Below, one piece after another: positions 9,307 through 19,283 of a stretch of DNA of 64,000 nucleotides. The notes under the pieces were generated by a model. That model had not been told where the DNA came from. It saw only the letters and a list, made by a program, of their open reading frames with translations, and searched no databases. Position numbers and translations under genes: made by a program. Origin of the DNA: Klebsiella phage KMI7. Within the stretch, counting starts at the first letter, position 1; each line of letters opens with the position of its first letter. Where the stretch lies: the sequence record MN101221.1; one strand, written 5' to 3'.

Positions 9307-10430
9307 TGTCAAACTTAATGGCGGGGTTCGGCCCCGATTTTGTAGAAACGCAAATTCTATCGGAAACAAACAGCGTAACTTACAGAATAACCGCAAAGGC
9401 AACACATCCCAATGCGGTTCCTAATCAGTATGAGTTTACACTAAATCAAAAGGCGGTAGGGACACCGCCTAGTGTTGGGATCAACGTATGGAGAATTAAC
9501 AATGCTGTAGTTGATCCAATTAAAACCTTCACATTATCGAATGATAATTCATCGACCGCAAATAAAGCGTTTGTTGAATATATGGATGCTCAAACTTCTG
9601 GGCTGTATTTGATAATGACTAACGGTGAATACAAAACAAGTCAAATCGTTGATGATTGGTTTGCTAAAAACAGATCCGTTATGTGGCAAGGCGCTGATTT
9701 CGCTCAGAGATTCCCAAATTCTGCATATGTTGCATTGTATGGGGCCGCAAAATCTCGTATACTGATTGAATCGTTTTACGCAAACGATGGAGTTTTAAAA
9801 GAAGATTCACGCGCATCAATCGATCTTGTCTATGATAACGTTGGTGATGTTGGGCGAACTGGTGTACCTTTCCGATCTGTTGAAGATACGGAAGAATACA
9901 ATTCAACCAATGGATCTGAATATAAAGTATATCCTGTTGCAACCCCAGTAATCTCTAAACTGGCTGATTATGGTATGGCTCCTGGGTTAGCTATGATGAT
10001 TACTGGTGATTTTTACGCCAGCAAAGCATTATTGGATGCTGGATCAACAACAAGGGTTACTGTTCGATGGTTTACGGGTACTGCTCAAACTTCATCATCG
10101 GTGATTGAAGTTCCTGCAAATAAACCTGATGAGTGGTTACGATTTGAACAGTTCTATACGATCCCTAGTGGTTGTGATGGATTTAACGTTGCTGTATCTC
10201 GTTATCCTAAACCCGCTACGGATAGTTTATCTGCGATCCGTAACTTCGTGATGGTTCAGGTATCTGCTGCCGAAGCTGATCAAAACTTTGCTGCACAGTT
10301 TGGGGTTAACGGTATCAGAATGAACAACATGATCGATGGTGGAACACCGTATATATTTGAATTGCCGAATACTAAGGTTTATCCTGGTGGCGATTATTCT
10401 GCTTCCGAATTCCGTGAAGTTGATGCATAA
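9306..10430 (+). CDS. 35: Long tail fiber hinge connector gp35
   Basis: Position between 34 and 36, size (about 374 aa) as T4 gp35, TAATG coupling to 34. Confidence 0.8.
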   Translation: MSNLMAGFGPDFVETQILSETNSVTYRITAKATHPNAVPNQYEFTLNQKAVGTPPSVGINVWRINNAVVDPIKTFTLSNDNSSTANKAFVEYMDAQTSGLYLIMTNGEYKTSQIVDDWFAKNRSVMWQGADFAQRFPNSAYVALYGAAKSRILIESFYANDGVLKEDSRASIDLVYDNVGDVGRTGVPFRSVEDTEEYNSTNGSEYKVYPVATPVISKLADYGMAPGLAMMITGDFYASKALLDAGSTTRVTVRWFTGTAQTSSSVIEVPANKPDEWLRFEQFYTIPSGCDGFNVAVSRYPKPATDSLSAIRNFVMVQVSAAEADQNFAAQFGVNGIRMNNMIDGGTPYIFELPNTKVYPGGDYSASEFREVDA

Positions 10431-10455
10431 ACAAAGGCCCGGATCATCGGGCCTT

Positions 10456-10463
10456 ATAAATAT
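10456..10463 (+). promoter_or_regulatory. T4-type late promoter TATAAATA for gene 36 (preceded by stem-loop 10436-10453)
   Basis: Exact TATAAATA seen upstream of gene 36. Confidence 0.7.
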
Positions 10464-10479
10464 GTAAAAAGGGGTTATT

Positions 10480-11148
10480 ATGGCAGATTTAAAAGCTGGT
10501 TCTACAGTCGGGGGTTTACCTATTTGGCACTCCGGCACATTTCCGCTGGTTCCGGTTGGTAATACTCTAACCTATCGCGGATATAAGGTTTATACTGAAA
10601 ACGATAAACCGCAAGCATCAAATAACGACTTCGTTTCTAAAGCAAGCGGTGGTCAATATTTGGGTGTAGTTGCCTTTAAACAGGGGCTACAAATTAACGC
10701 TACTTTCACAGGCGGAAGTGACCAGAACGGTTTATATTCTGGTGATGGTGATGGTGCGACATTATCAAAAGCCAACATAGATCTTGTATCATGGTACGGT
10801 ATTGGTATTCGTTCATCTTCCGGAACTAATGGTCGCGTATTAGTCATCAACGCTCGAAATGGTGATTTAAACACTCAGGGTAATATCACGGTTGAAAAAC
10901 AAATCAGTATTACAACCGCTAACCCTACTGACGCAAGTCATGCAACACGAAAAAGTTATGTTGATGGTCAGATAAATACTGTCACAACAAATGCTAATAG
11001 CAGGGTATTACGCGCTGGCGATACAATGACAGGGCTATTAACTGCCCCGCAATTCGCGAGCACAGGCGCGGCTTCCCGTCCCGAACACGTACCACGGCTC
11101 GACCAGGTAATTACTAAAGGGACTATCATAGATTTTGGATCTTATTAA
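10480..11148 (+). CDS. 36: Long tail fiber distal subunit connector gp36
   Basis: MADLKAGSTVGGLPIWHSGTFPL... aligns along full length with T4 gp36 (MADLKVGSTTGGSVIWHQGNFPL...). Confidence 0.95.
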   Translation: MADLKAGSTVGGLPIWHSGTFPLVPVGNTLTYRGYKVYTENDKPQASNNDFVSKASGGQYLGVVAFKQGLQINATFTGGSDQNGLYSGDGDGATLSKANIDLVSWYGIGIRSSSGTNGRVLVINARNGDLNTQGNITVEKQISITTANPTDASHATRKSYVDGQINTVTTNANSRVLRAGDTMTGLLTAPQFASTGAASRPEHVPRLDQVITKGTIIDFGSY

Positions 11149-11156
11149 GGTGAAAC

Positions 11157-14100
11157 ATGGCTGATTTAGCAAAAATTCAATTCCTACGTAGCACAGTTGC
11201 GGGGAAAACACCTACTACAAGTCAGCTTGCAGATGGTGAACTGGCGATCAACATGGCTGATTATGCCATTTACACGAAAAATGGTTCTTCGATCGTTCAG
11301 TTAGCGGGTAAAGGTATCCCAGAAACAAATACCAAAAAATTAACAGTAGATGGGCCTAGTGCTCTTAATGATACCGTTACCGTAGCGGAAGGTAAAACTA
11401 TTACTTTCACCAACGCGGATTTGAGCGGGGGTATGGTTCGTCATATCACTGGTAAAAACGCGCTTAACGATGGTTGGTACATCGGTTCTGGTGGTGAGAG
11501 CAATAAAGGGTTTTTAGAAATCGGTACAATTGATGACGGTGATGAAGAGATCCGTTTCGTTTCCCGTGGTTCTGGTGATACTGTTCGCCGTACTTTGAAA
11601 CTTATTGATTCCGGTGGTAATACTCGCGTACCAGGTAACATCTATATTGATAAAGCTATGGGCGGTGGTGGTTCTGCCTTTATTTCAAAAAATAAAGCAT
11701 ATTTCGGTGCTGGCGGTGCTGATATCTATATGCGTAACACTGCTGGCGGTGCAACAAATCAGTTAACGATCACTGATGGCGGTGAATTGCTGTTTCAAGC
11801 AAAACCTGTATACTGGGACGGTCGTAAACCGACTTTAACAGAATTGGGGATCGGGCGGGTTGAAAACGCGCGTCAGCTTGAGCAAGATAATTTCCCTGTA
11901 ACTACAGGCAACGAAACTCGTTGGATCAAAGTTGCTCTTTTAAAAGATCCGGCTTCCGGTCAGAGTCGCTTGCAACTGATGGTGACTAACGGCGGTAACT
12001 ATGGTTCTACGCGTAGTTCTATCGACTTTATCGATTGTACTGCTCGAAGCATTCCAGCAACATTAACAAGCGCAAACATTCGTTCTTACCTGCAAATTCG
12101 TCGAATCGGGGATCCAGCAATTGATAATACTAACCAGATGCGTTATAGCCTGGTTCGTACCTCCGAAGGTTTAGAACTGTGGTTTACTCAACGCGCGTTT
12201 ATTGGTGGTGTTAAAGTTGCTCTGCTGTCTATTGCTGGCGGTGCTGCTACTGAATATTATCTGCCTACTGGTTACACAACTTCTGCAACTGCTCCGGAAG
12301 GGTTAGTTGAGAGTGTGGCTATTCGTATCTATGACGAAATGAACAAGCCTAACCTTGACGATGGTACTGATGGTATTCTGTCTGTTGCTAAAGGTGGTAC
12401 AGGCGCAAGTACAGCGGCTGCTGCTCGCACAAACTTAGGTTTGGGTACTGCTGCAACCCGTGATGTTGGTACAGGATCCGGACAAGTAATGCTTGTTGGT
12501 GCTTACGGTTTAGGCGGTAAGGGTACATCATATAGCATCGCAAATGCTCGCGACTTCCTGAAACAACTGCGTACTGATGGTTCTCAGTTCATGCGAAATA
12601 CGCTTGGTACTGACGTTAACTATGGTATGGGCGCAAGTTTTTATAGTTCCGTATCAGATGTTCATGCAGTGATCTCGGTCGATTGGAATACTGGTCGCGT
12701 TAAAGTTGGTGCAACTAATGATACTAACCTTAACTCAGATACAGGAAGAATCAACTTCCAGGAACTGTACGGTACTGCATTTAAACCGACTCCAGATGAC
12801 GTAGGGGCTGTTGCTCGTACTGGTGATACGATGTCTGGTGATCTGACGATCTCGAAAACATCGCCTGGGTTCCATTTGAATGCTGTTAGTGGAAACGCTG
12901 TAATTTGGTTTAAAAATAACGGGGTTGAAAGTGGTGCTGTATGGGCGTTGCCTAACACTTCCTCTTCTGGTGAAGTTCGTATTCGTGCTAAAACGACTGG
13001 TGGAACAACTGGCGGTGAATTCTCGTTTAAATCAGACGGTACATTTACATCACCGGGTAATATTAACATCACATATGGTGCATTTAACGGTCGAACTGTT
13101 AATACATCTTATGCAAACTTTAATAACGCAAGTTCAACCACAACTGAAAACACTGTTACTATTAGTGGTTCGCAGCACACTCCGCTGTTACTGAATAGAC
13201 CGACTAACTCGAACTTGTCTATCGGGTTTAAACTTTCCGGAATGAACATGAAACGTTTGGGTATTGATCTAAACGGTGATATTCGTTACGGTGAAGCAGA
13301 AAACCAGACACAAAACTCATGGCTGTTGACTTCGGATACGATAAACAGATGGATTGTTAACTTCGGTCGTGATATTAACGTTGCAGGTGTGGTTAATTCA
13401 ACTGGTGGATTTACTGGCCCTGTTACTGCATATGATTTGACTGGGGTAACTCAGGATCTTAATAATTTAACATTGAACTATACCGAACCCGGCCATATTA
13501 AAGTTTATTCGTGCCGTAGTATGGGTGGCGGTGATAACATCACCAATAAACCTTCTGGCGTAGGTGGTAACTTTATTGTTATCGTTGAATGTCTCCGTAA
13601 AGTAAACGATACCGATTACACTAACCGTCAAGTATTACGTGCATCGGACAATAAACGCAGTTGGGAACGTTGGTTAACTGTTAGCGGTACTGCTAAAACC
13701 TGGACACCGTGGAGAATGAACGTTGTTAGCGGAAACGATGATGATGTATCATTTAAATCTGTTACCACGACTACAGGAAACCTGAACAGTGGAAACGATC
13801 TGATTGTTGCTAACAACGCTCGCGTAGGCGGCAACTTAGGGTTAGGTGGTGCTTCTTCCACGACGTACACTGATAAAGGTGTTGTGATTGGTAACGGTAG
13901 TGCTCTGTTAGAAAGTACTGATGGTCGCGTGATTATTGGTAGTTCTGGTGCTGGTCGTGCTGTTGAATTTCGTCCTGGTGGCCCAACTCAAACCAACAAC
14001 GGGATCAAAGTAACTGCTACCTCTGGAAGTGGTGGTGATACTGCGATCGAGTATGCACAAGGGGTGAAAATTCGTTCTAATGCCGCTGGTGCGTTGATTG

Positions 14101-15341
14101 TTTCTGCTAAAGCAGGACAAGCAATTTATCTGCGACCGCAAGGTGATACATCCAGCACAAACGAAACCCGTATTGATTCAAACGGTAGTATCACGATTAA
14201 CGGCAATATTAACGCTAACGGTACACTAACTTGTACTGGTGGTGCTGTTAACGGCGAACTTACTGTTAATAACGTTGGCCCGCTCCTGAAAAAAGGTATC
14301 CGAACTTACGCTGATGGTTCAGTTACAGTTAACGAAACTGACGGCATTAAGATGTTTGGCAACGGTACTATATCTGGTACTATGAGATTAGTTGAACGTG
14401 TTAACGATACTACGTTTATTGGTCTTCAAACATCGCTTAATGCAGATACCAACGGTTGGTTTGAGTTTCACCATAATGGGATGCTTCGAGCAAACCATGC
14501 GGAACTGACAACAGGTCTTCGTGTTAAAGGTTCTCCGATTGTTCAGCCAACAAGTGACAACAACGCCTGGGCGTCTATTAACTTTAGGCATACGGACGGT
14601 ACTACAAATCGTGGTATTTTGTTTGCTGATGCTGCTGGTAATATCGGGTTTAGTAATATAAACGGTAAAAACGTTATATGGAACACTGGTAACTACTTTA
14701 TCATTCAGCAAGGCGAACTGAACGTTGGTGTTAACAACGGTGGTACTGGAGAAAACAACGAAGACAGGAACAAAGCTAACTTCTACAACAAAGGTTCTAT
14801 TGATTGCGCAGGTACACGCGCGTATCAGGATGCCAACGCAGGAAACCGCTGGGTTCGTGAAGTTCGTGGCGTAAGACATCTTATGCAAGGAACCGACCTC
14901 GGTTCTGAGAATATATTTGTTGAACGTGTAGGCGAACGTCATTTCCATATGCTTCATGTGTTTGGGGCTAACAGTAACGGTTGGTTTGAATTCCGTAATA
15001 ATGGTGATATGTCGTGTAACGGTACGTTGTATGCGCAGGATGTCTATATAACTTCCGATAAACGACACAAACGTAATATCACTAAAGTTGAAAGCTCCGA
15101 AGAAATTTTGAGCAAAATGTCAGCTTATAATTACGAAGTTCGAGATCCTACAGCAGATGATGCATGGACGAAAGCAACGGGGCTTATTGCTCAGGAAGTT
15201 CAGGAAGTTCTTCCTACTGCTGTTGATGATTCAGATCCTGAACATATTCGCTTGAACTATAACGCGATTGTTGCGGTTCTGGTAGAACAGGTCAACAAGT
15301 TAACTGCTAAAGTTAATGAACTTGAAAGAAAACTTAATTAA
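11157..15341 (+). CDS. 37: Long tail fiber distal subunit gp37 with C-terminal S74-type intramolecular chaperone domain (about 15054-15338)
   Basis: N-terminus MADLAKIQFLRST.. like T4 gp37; C-terminus SDKRHK...GLIAQEVQEVLPTAV...LNYNAIVAVL...coiled coil matches the Ser-Lys dyad autoproteolytic chaperone domain of endosialidases/T5 pb1. Confidence 0.9.
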   Translation: MADLAKIQFLRSTVAGKTPTTSQLADGELAINMADYAIYTKNGSSIVQLAGKGIPETNTKKLTVDGPSALNDTVTVAEGKTITFTNADLSGGMVRHITGKNALNDGWYIGSGGESNKGFLEIGTIDDGDEEIRFVSRGSGDTVRRTLKLIDSGGNTRVPGNIYIDKAMGGGGSAFISKNKAYFGAGGADIYMRNTAGGATNQLTITDGGELLFQAKPVYWDGRKPTLTELGIGRVENARQLEQDNFPVTTGNETRWIKVALLKDPASGQSRLQLMVTNGGNYGSTRSSIDFIDCTARSIPATLTSANIRSYLQIRRIGDPAIDNTNQMRYSLVRTSEGLELWFTQRAFIGGVKVALLSIAGGAATEYYLPTGYTTSATAPEGLVESVAIRIYDEMNKPNLDDGTDGILSVAKGGTGASTAAAARTNLGLGTAATRDVGTGSGQVMLVGAYGLGGKGTSYSIANARDFLKQLRTDGSQFMRNTLGTDVNYGMGASFYSSVSDVHAVISVDWNTGRVKVGATNDTNLNSDTGRINFQELYGTAFKPTPDDVGAVARTGDTMSGDLTISKTSPGFHLNAVSGNAVIWFKNNGVESGAVWALPNTSSSGEVRIRAKTTGGTTGGEFSFKSDGTFTSPGNINITYGAFNGRTVNTSYANFNNASSTTTENTVTISGSQHTPLLLNRPTNSNLSIGFKLSGMNMKRLGIDLNGDIRYGEAENQTQNSWLLTSDTINRWIVNFGRDINVAGVVNSTGGFTGPVTAYDLTGVTQDLNNLTLNYTEPGHIKVYSCRSMGGGDNITNKPSGVGGNFIVIVECLRKVNDTDYTNRQVLRASDNKRSWERWLTVSGTAKTWTPWRMNVVSGNDDDVSFKSVTTTTGNLNSGNDLIVANNARVGGNLGLGGASSTTYTDKGVVIGNGSALLESTDGRVIIGSSGAGRAVEFRPGGPTQTNNGIKVTATSGSGGDTAIEYAQGVKIRSNAAGALIVSAKAGQAIYLRPQGDTSSTNETRIDSNGSITINGNINANGTLTCTGGAVNGELTVNNVGPLLKKGIRTYADGSVTVNETDGIKMFGNGTISGTMRLVERVNDTTFIGLQTSLNADTNGWFEFHHNGMLRANHAELTTGLRVKGSPIVQPTSDNNAWASINFRHTDGTTNRGILFADAAGNIGFSNINGKNVIWNTGNYFIIQQGELNVGVNNGGTGENNEDRNKANFYNKGSIDCAGTRAYQDANAGNRWVREVRGVRHLMQGTDLGSENIFVERVGERHFHMLHVFGANSNGWFEFRNNGDMSCNGTLYAQDVYITSDKRHKRNITKVESSEEILSKMSAYNYEVRDPTADDAWTKATGLIAQEVQEVLPTAVDDSDPEHIRLNYNAIVAVLVEQVNKLTAKVNELERKLN

Positions 15342-15361
15342 GGGGCTTCGGCCCCTTTTCG
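15342..15361 (+). terminator. rho-independent terminator (GGGGC-UUCG-GCCCC + U4)
   Basis: Hairpin + T-run after gene 37 stop. Confidence 0.65.
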
Positions 15362-15372
15362 GAGGTTAACTA

Positions 15373-15900
15373 ATGGCTATTTCCGGCCCACTAGTTGGAA
15401 GTTCGGCGGTTAATGAAACTGGACAACGATCCATGATTCAAGCTGCTGCCGTCGTTCGACTTGGAACCCCATTTTATATGTCTCAATTAATTGGGCGTAG
15501 CAAATGGCATTTTACTTTTGTTCCCCAGGAACGTTGGTATAACAACACTCGTTGGCGTGGTGTTTGGCGTAAGGGTGCTGATACTGGCGTATGGTATAAT
15601 ATTTCTGACTCTGATTATACTATCGTTGGTGATTATAATGGTAAGCAAATAGGTACTATTGGCGCTATCGGTGATTCAGCAGAAAACGTGTCTAACTTAA
15701 CAATCTATGACGGGCCAAATCGAAATGTACGCATTTTGTTTACCCGTGTAGATAACAATCAACAATGGACGTTTGATTTCAGGATATCAAGTTATATGCG
15801 TGATGGATTCAGAAACTATGACGCGATGAGTAAAGATTGGTATGGTTTCCTTAATGGTAACGTAGGTGTGACCATTTCTGGGATCATTACTGAGATTTAA
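15373..15900 (+). CDS. hypothetical protein in the gene-38 position (175 aa, beta-rich, no recognisable gp38 chaperone or Gly-rich adhesin motifs)
   Basis: ORF with GGAGG RBS between 37 and t; no similarity recognised. Confidence 0.6.
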   Translation: MAISGPLVGSSAVNETGQRSMIQAAAVVRLGTPFYMSQLIGRSKWHFTFVPQERWYNNTRWRGVWRKGADTGVWYNISDSDYTIVGDYNGKQIGTIGAIGDSAENVSNLTIYDGPNRNVRILFTRVDNNQQWTFDFRISSYMRDGFRNYDAMSKDWYGFLNGNVGVTISGIITEI

Positions 15901-15906
15901 TTTTTA

Positions 15907-15933
15907 AGGCTACCATACAGGTAGCCTTTTTTG
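15907..15933 (+). terminator. rho-independent terminator (AGGCTACC..GGTAGCCT + U6)
   Basis: Hairpin + TTTTTT seen. Confidence 0.7.
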
Positions 15934-15979
15934 TTGTATCCTAAATATACCTATAGTAACCTAAGAAGAGTCTTATAAA

Positions 15980-16627
15980 ATGGCTGAGAGAAATCCCGTA
16001 GATAAACTAGCCTTATTTGATCGGGTAATCTCGTTTGTGATGGGTGTGAAAACATGGAAACAATTGCTGATAAAAATAATTCTAATAATGGTTATGTTTC
16101 TTATGGTAGTAACTTGGTACAAATGGACTGATATATTCCCGATGATAAAAGGTGCCCTTGTAGTCGATACAAGGGCTATCGAAATGGAAAGAACAGAAAA
16201 GTTTAATCAATCCGCGTTGGAACAGTTGAGCATAGTTCATCTTACTTCCAACGCGGATTTTTCGGCGGTACTGGCATTCAGACCAAAGAACATAAACTAT
16301 TTTGTTGACATTGTAGAATATCAGGGAAAATTACCATCCCAGATCGATCCTAAAAACCTCGGCGGTTATCCGATCGATAAAACATCCGAAGAATACACGA
16401 ATCATATAAATGGCTTGTATTATTCATCCACTAAAGCAAGTTCCTACCTACCGACACGTGATTTTGTGCCAGTAGCTTATACTTTTAGTTGCCCTTATTT
16501 TAATCTTGATAACTACTATTCTGGATCGGTTTTGATGGAATGGTACGCAAAGCGGCCTGATATACCAGATATGAAGCTAAACATCATATGTGGACAGGCC
16601 GCGCGTATTTTAGGTCGAGCGAGGTGA
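15980..16627 (+). CDS. t: Holin t (T4-type class III holin)
   Basis: Single N-terminal TMD; ...FNLDNYYSGSVLMEWY...ICGQAARILGRAR aligns with T4 gpt (CPYFNLDNIYAGTITMYWY..ICAQAARILGRAK). Confidence 0.9.
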   Translation: MAERNPVDKLALFDRVISFVMGVKTWKQLLIKIILIMVMFLMVVTWYKWTDIFPMIKGALVVDTRAIEMERTEKFNQSALEQLSIVHLTSNADFSAVLAFRPKNINYFVDIVEYQGKLPSQIDPKNLGGYPIDKTSEEYTNHINGLYYSSTKASSYLPTRDFVPVAYTFSCPYFNLDNYYSGSVLMEWYAKRPDIPDMKLNIICGQAARILGRAR

Positions 16628-16909
16628 TTAACGTAATGCTGGTGTTAAATTGTGTGATCTTCCAATAGCCCGTTTGATTGCTTTAAAGAAGTTCATCACC
16701 GGGCTATTTTTCTCGTAAATATCCCAAACTTTCAATTTGTCCCACGGATCCGGAACATAATCTTCATTCCTTGCCGAAACCCCCAACGTAACCCGCCTGT
16801 ATCCAGCGCTGTCGTGATAATACACGAAGAATGGCCTACCTATTGGCGCAACTTTACAACCTCTCTTAGCGGCTCTCATAGCCTCATCGAACGTCATTGA
16901 TACCCCCAA
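16628..16909 (-). CDS. hypothetical protein (93 aa), DUF2829-like N-terminus (MTFDEAMRAAKRGCKV)
   Basis: ORF; weak family resemblance only. Confidence 0.5.
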   Translation of the reverse strand: MGVSMTFDEAMRAAKRGCKVAPIGRPFFVYYHDSAGYRRVTLGVSARNEDYVPDPWDKLKVWDIYEKNSPVMNFFKAIKRAIGRSHNLTPALR

Positions 16910-17184
16910 AAATTTCTATGCATGAATGGTCGAATTCCGATAGTTTCACTCAAAATGAATATCGGATGATCTAGCTCATCGTGGTTTTCTTCGTCAATGA
17001 CGATATCCCAATCAGTAGCCTTTTGTTCTTCTACCGTGGCAATGAATACCTGGTTTACTTCACACTTGCGGTGTGTACGTCTGATGATTGTATCCCCTTC
17101 ACGAAACACAATCATATCAGGGTTGGTAGTGCGGTACGCGGTTTTACCCGCGCACACTTCATTAAGCATATCTTCGTATGTCAT
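16894..17184 (-). CDS. hypothetical protein (96 aa)
   Basis: ORF. Confidence 0.5.
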   Translation of the reverse strand: MTYEDMLNEVCAGKTAYRTTNPDMIVFREGDTIIRRTHRKCEVNQVFIATVEEQKATDWDIVIDEENHDELDHPIFILSETIGIRPFMHRNFWGYQ

Positions 17185-17981
17185 TATAAAACCTTTACAC
17201 GTTGAACGATGGTTTGTTTAACGTCTTTGTATTCTCCGTGCTCTTTAACGGTTGCTTTGAAAGTGATTTCATCACCTTCGTTTGCAATGTTATTACCGAA
17301 GTAAACAACAACATTACCATCAACATTAATTTTGGTCATGAATCTTTCCACAGAAGTGTAGTAAGAAACTTGAGTATATCCCAGTGAAATCACTTTCTCA
17401 ACGGTTCCGGTCATTTCCAGACGTTGTTTGATTTCACCGATGTGGTTAGCTTTAGAAATGCGTTCCTGGCGCTCTTGTTCCCACTGTTCGCGGATTTCTT
17501 CGCGTTTGGCGATATAATCCTTCTCCAGTGCAACACCCATGCAGTAAGCGCACACGGCGTCAAATACAGGGCTGTTTTTGTTGTCTTCTTTAGACTGGTC
17601 AGCCCACCAAAGAACAGTAAACATTGGCATTTCTGCAATTACTTCGCCTTTACGCTTGCCAATCGGCATGATCCCTTTTTCCAGCAGTTCCAGTTTTTCA
17701 GTATCGAACACTGACAGTTTACCGCGACGTTCGAACAGATCGAAATCTGCAAAGCCCTGGAATACCATTTTGAAAGTATCAGTTTCAGTTAAACGGGCTG
17801 AAACACGGTCGAAATACTCACGCGCTTTCGCTTCCGCTTTCTCCGGATCGGTAGATAAGTTGCAGATATAGTTATCAGAAGTATAACCGCCACCTCTACG
17901 CTCAACACGCAAGGTATACATTGCATTTTTACGACCAGAAGAAATGAAGTAAGTGGTAGTAACTACGGTTGCGTTAGTCAT
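17184..17981 (-). CDS. hypothetical protein (265 aa)
   Basis: ATG at 17981 with AAGGAGA RBS and the cassette promoter/leader upstream; track ORF extended to 18050. Confidence 0.6.
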   Translation of the reverse strand: MTNATVVTTTYFISSGRKNAMYTLRVERRGGGYTSDNYICNLSTDPEKAEAKAREYFDRVSARLTETDTFKMVFQGFADFDLFERRGKLSVFDTEKLELLEKGIMPIGKRKGEVIAEMPMFTVLWWADQSKEDNKNSPVFDAVCAYCMGVALEKDYIAKREEIREQWEQERQERISKANHIGEIKQRLEMTGTVEKVISLGYTQVSYYTSVERFMTKINVDGNVVVYFGNNIANEGDEITFKATVKEHGEYKDVKQTIVQRVKVL

Positions 17982-18060
17982 GGTATTTCTCCTTAAAGGG
18001 TATCTCGTTTCGATATGGCTAATATAGCAAAAGCCCTTGACTTCGGTCAAGGGCTTTTTT
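17982..18060 (-). promoter_or_regulatory. Hairpin/early-promoter cassette copy 2 (terminator stem 18031-18056; -35 CTTGAC, -10 CTATAT, leader ATCGAAACGAG)
   Basis: aaagcccTTGACttcggtcaagggcttttgCTATATtagccatATCGAAACGAGatacccTTTAAGGAGaaatacc ATG on minus strand. Confidence 0.7.
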
Positions 18061-18074
18061 CATTTATTGCGAAA

Positions 18075-18494
18075 TTATAAGAAGAACCCAGTGCGAACAA
18101 TCAGATCGATTTTCTTTTCTGGTTCAAACGGTGATTTGCTATCGATGTTACACTGATAGAACATACCAACATACTTTTCAGGAATGTTGGATTCACGCGC
18201 CCATTTCAGGTTATCATCGGTATTCGGCCCCAGCATGAGGTTAACAACATCAACAGCATAATCCTGTTCTTTGGTGTTACCGGAACCGTTTACATAATGC
18301 CCGTGGGCGGTTTTGAGGATCTCAATTACTTCGCTATCGTCAGTTTCGACTTTGTAAAGCGTTGTATTTTCAGGAATTTCTTCAAGAATGATCAAAGCGG
18401 TTTTCATCACACTTACCTTTGTGTTTCTGTTTACGTTTTGCTTCTTTAAATGCTCGCTTGCGATCGCGGTGAGTAGAAGCGCGGTTGAAATCAT
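18075..18494 (-). CDS. hypothetical protein (139 aa; start uncertain, alternative Met 28 codons downstream)
   Basis: ORF. Confidence 0.45.
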   Translation of the reverse strand: MISTALLLTAIASEHLKKQNVNRNTKVSVMKTALIILEEIPENTTLYKVETDDSEVIEILKTAHGHYVNGSGNTKEQDYAVDVVNLMLGPNTDDNLKWARESNIPEKYVGMFYQCNIDSKSPFEPEKKIDLIVRTGFFL

Positions 18495-18520
18495 GTTTCG
18501 CTACCAAATTATTCATATAA

Positions 18521-18548
18521 GCCCCTTAAAGAAAAATATTTAGGGGCT
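18521..18548 (-). terminator. rho-independent terminator (AGGGGC-GAAA-GCCCCT + U-run)
   Basis: Hairpin with T-run on minus strand after 18561..18809. Confidence 0.6.
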
Positions 18549-18560
18549 TTCGCCCCTGTA

Positions 18561-18809
18561 TCAATCCAGCAGTTTGCGGATCTTGTCTGCGATACGTCCG
18601 GCGCGGGTTGCGCTTTCGGTATGATTGCTTTCTTTGGTAGCCAGTTCAGCCATACGAACTTTATGTTCTAATTCCGCTGCTTGGCGATCTTCTGCAACCT
18701 GTGCAACCTGCTCGTTATCGTGAGCAATACGCGCTTCCAGTTCAGACAGGGTTTTGTCGAAAGTTGCTACGATTTCATCTACAGAACGAATTTTATTAAA
18801 CAGTTTCAT
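18561..18809 (-). CDS. hypothetical coiled-coil protein (82 aa)
   Basis: ORF. Confidence 0.5.
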   Translation of the reverse strand: MKLFNKIRSVDEIVATFDKTLSELEARIAHDNEQVAQVAEDRQAAELEHKVRMAELATKESNHTESATRAGRIADKIRKLLD

Positions 18810-18845
18810 AATTTATCTCAATTGGTTAGTTTTAATCAGTATACA

Positions 18846-19283
18846 TCAATATGGTTGAAATTCAAAATCATAAATGTCATTCAGTGCGCGGTTCCACTCG
18901 GTGTAGTTTTCACCAGCACCATAACGCATTTGAATAGCACTTTCGAACGTTGATCCGTTGAGGTTCGGGAAACCGAACAGGTTTTTGATTTTGTCATGTG
19001 CTACATAGTACAGAGAAGCACTTTCCAGCATCGCAACCATCGCAGACGGTTCGTGTTCGCGGCGCTTGATACGTAACAGAGTACGACTAGCACCAGTTTT
19101 ACGGCGTTGATTTGGTGCTACGTAGAAACGGAATACTACGCGCCCTGTTTTATCATCAACTACCAGGTAAAACCCGTTTTCTTTCAGATCCACGCCTTCG
19201 AATTTCTTGAAGGTTCCGCGTTTCATGTCACCAATTTTAATTGCATATTTGTGAATGTCAAGTCTTGTCAGAATTCTTTTCAT
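18846..19283 (-). CDS. hypothetical protein (145 aa)
   Basis: ORF. Confidence 0.5.
   Translation of the reverse strand: MKRILTRLDIHKYAIKIGDMKRGTFKKFEGVDLKENGFYLVVDDKTGRVVFRFYVAPNQRRKTGASRTLLRIKRREHEPSAMVAMLESASLYYVAHDKIKNLFGFPNLNGSTFESAIQMRYGAGENYTEWNRALNDIYDFEFQPY

Noticed and set aside
10433-10455. Stem-loop GGCCCG-GATCAT-CGGGCC after gene 35 as a terminator
   Set aside because: Followed by only TT before the late promoter. It is more likely an RNA-stability hairpin than an efficient terminator, so it is not listed as one.
14388-15068. 226-aa minus-strand ORF inside gene 37 (and similar antisense ORFs 12662..13072, 20734..21300, 28952..29662, 42587..43114, 46870..47403)
   Set aside because: Entirely antisense to strongly supported conserved genes, with low-complexity/Cys-Arg-rich composition typical of spurious reverse-frame ORFs.
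15965-15979. Possible late promoter TATAAAAT upstream of holin t, and GGTATAAATT at 1649-1658
   Set aside because: Both deviate from the TATAAATA consensus at a conserved position, so they are not called. t may be read through from the 37/38 transcript.
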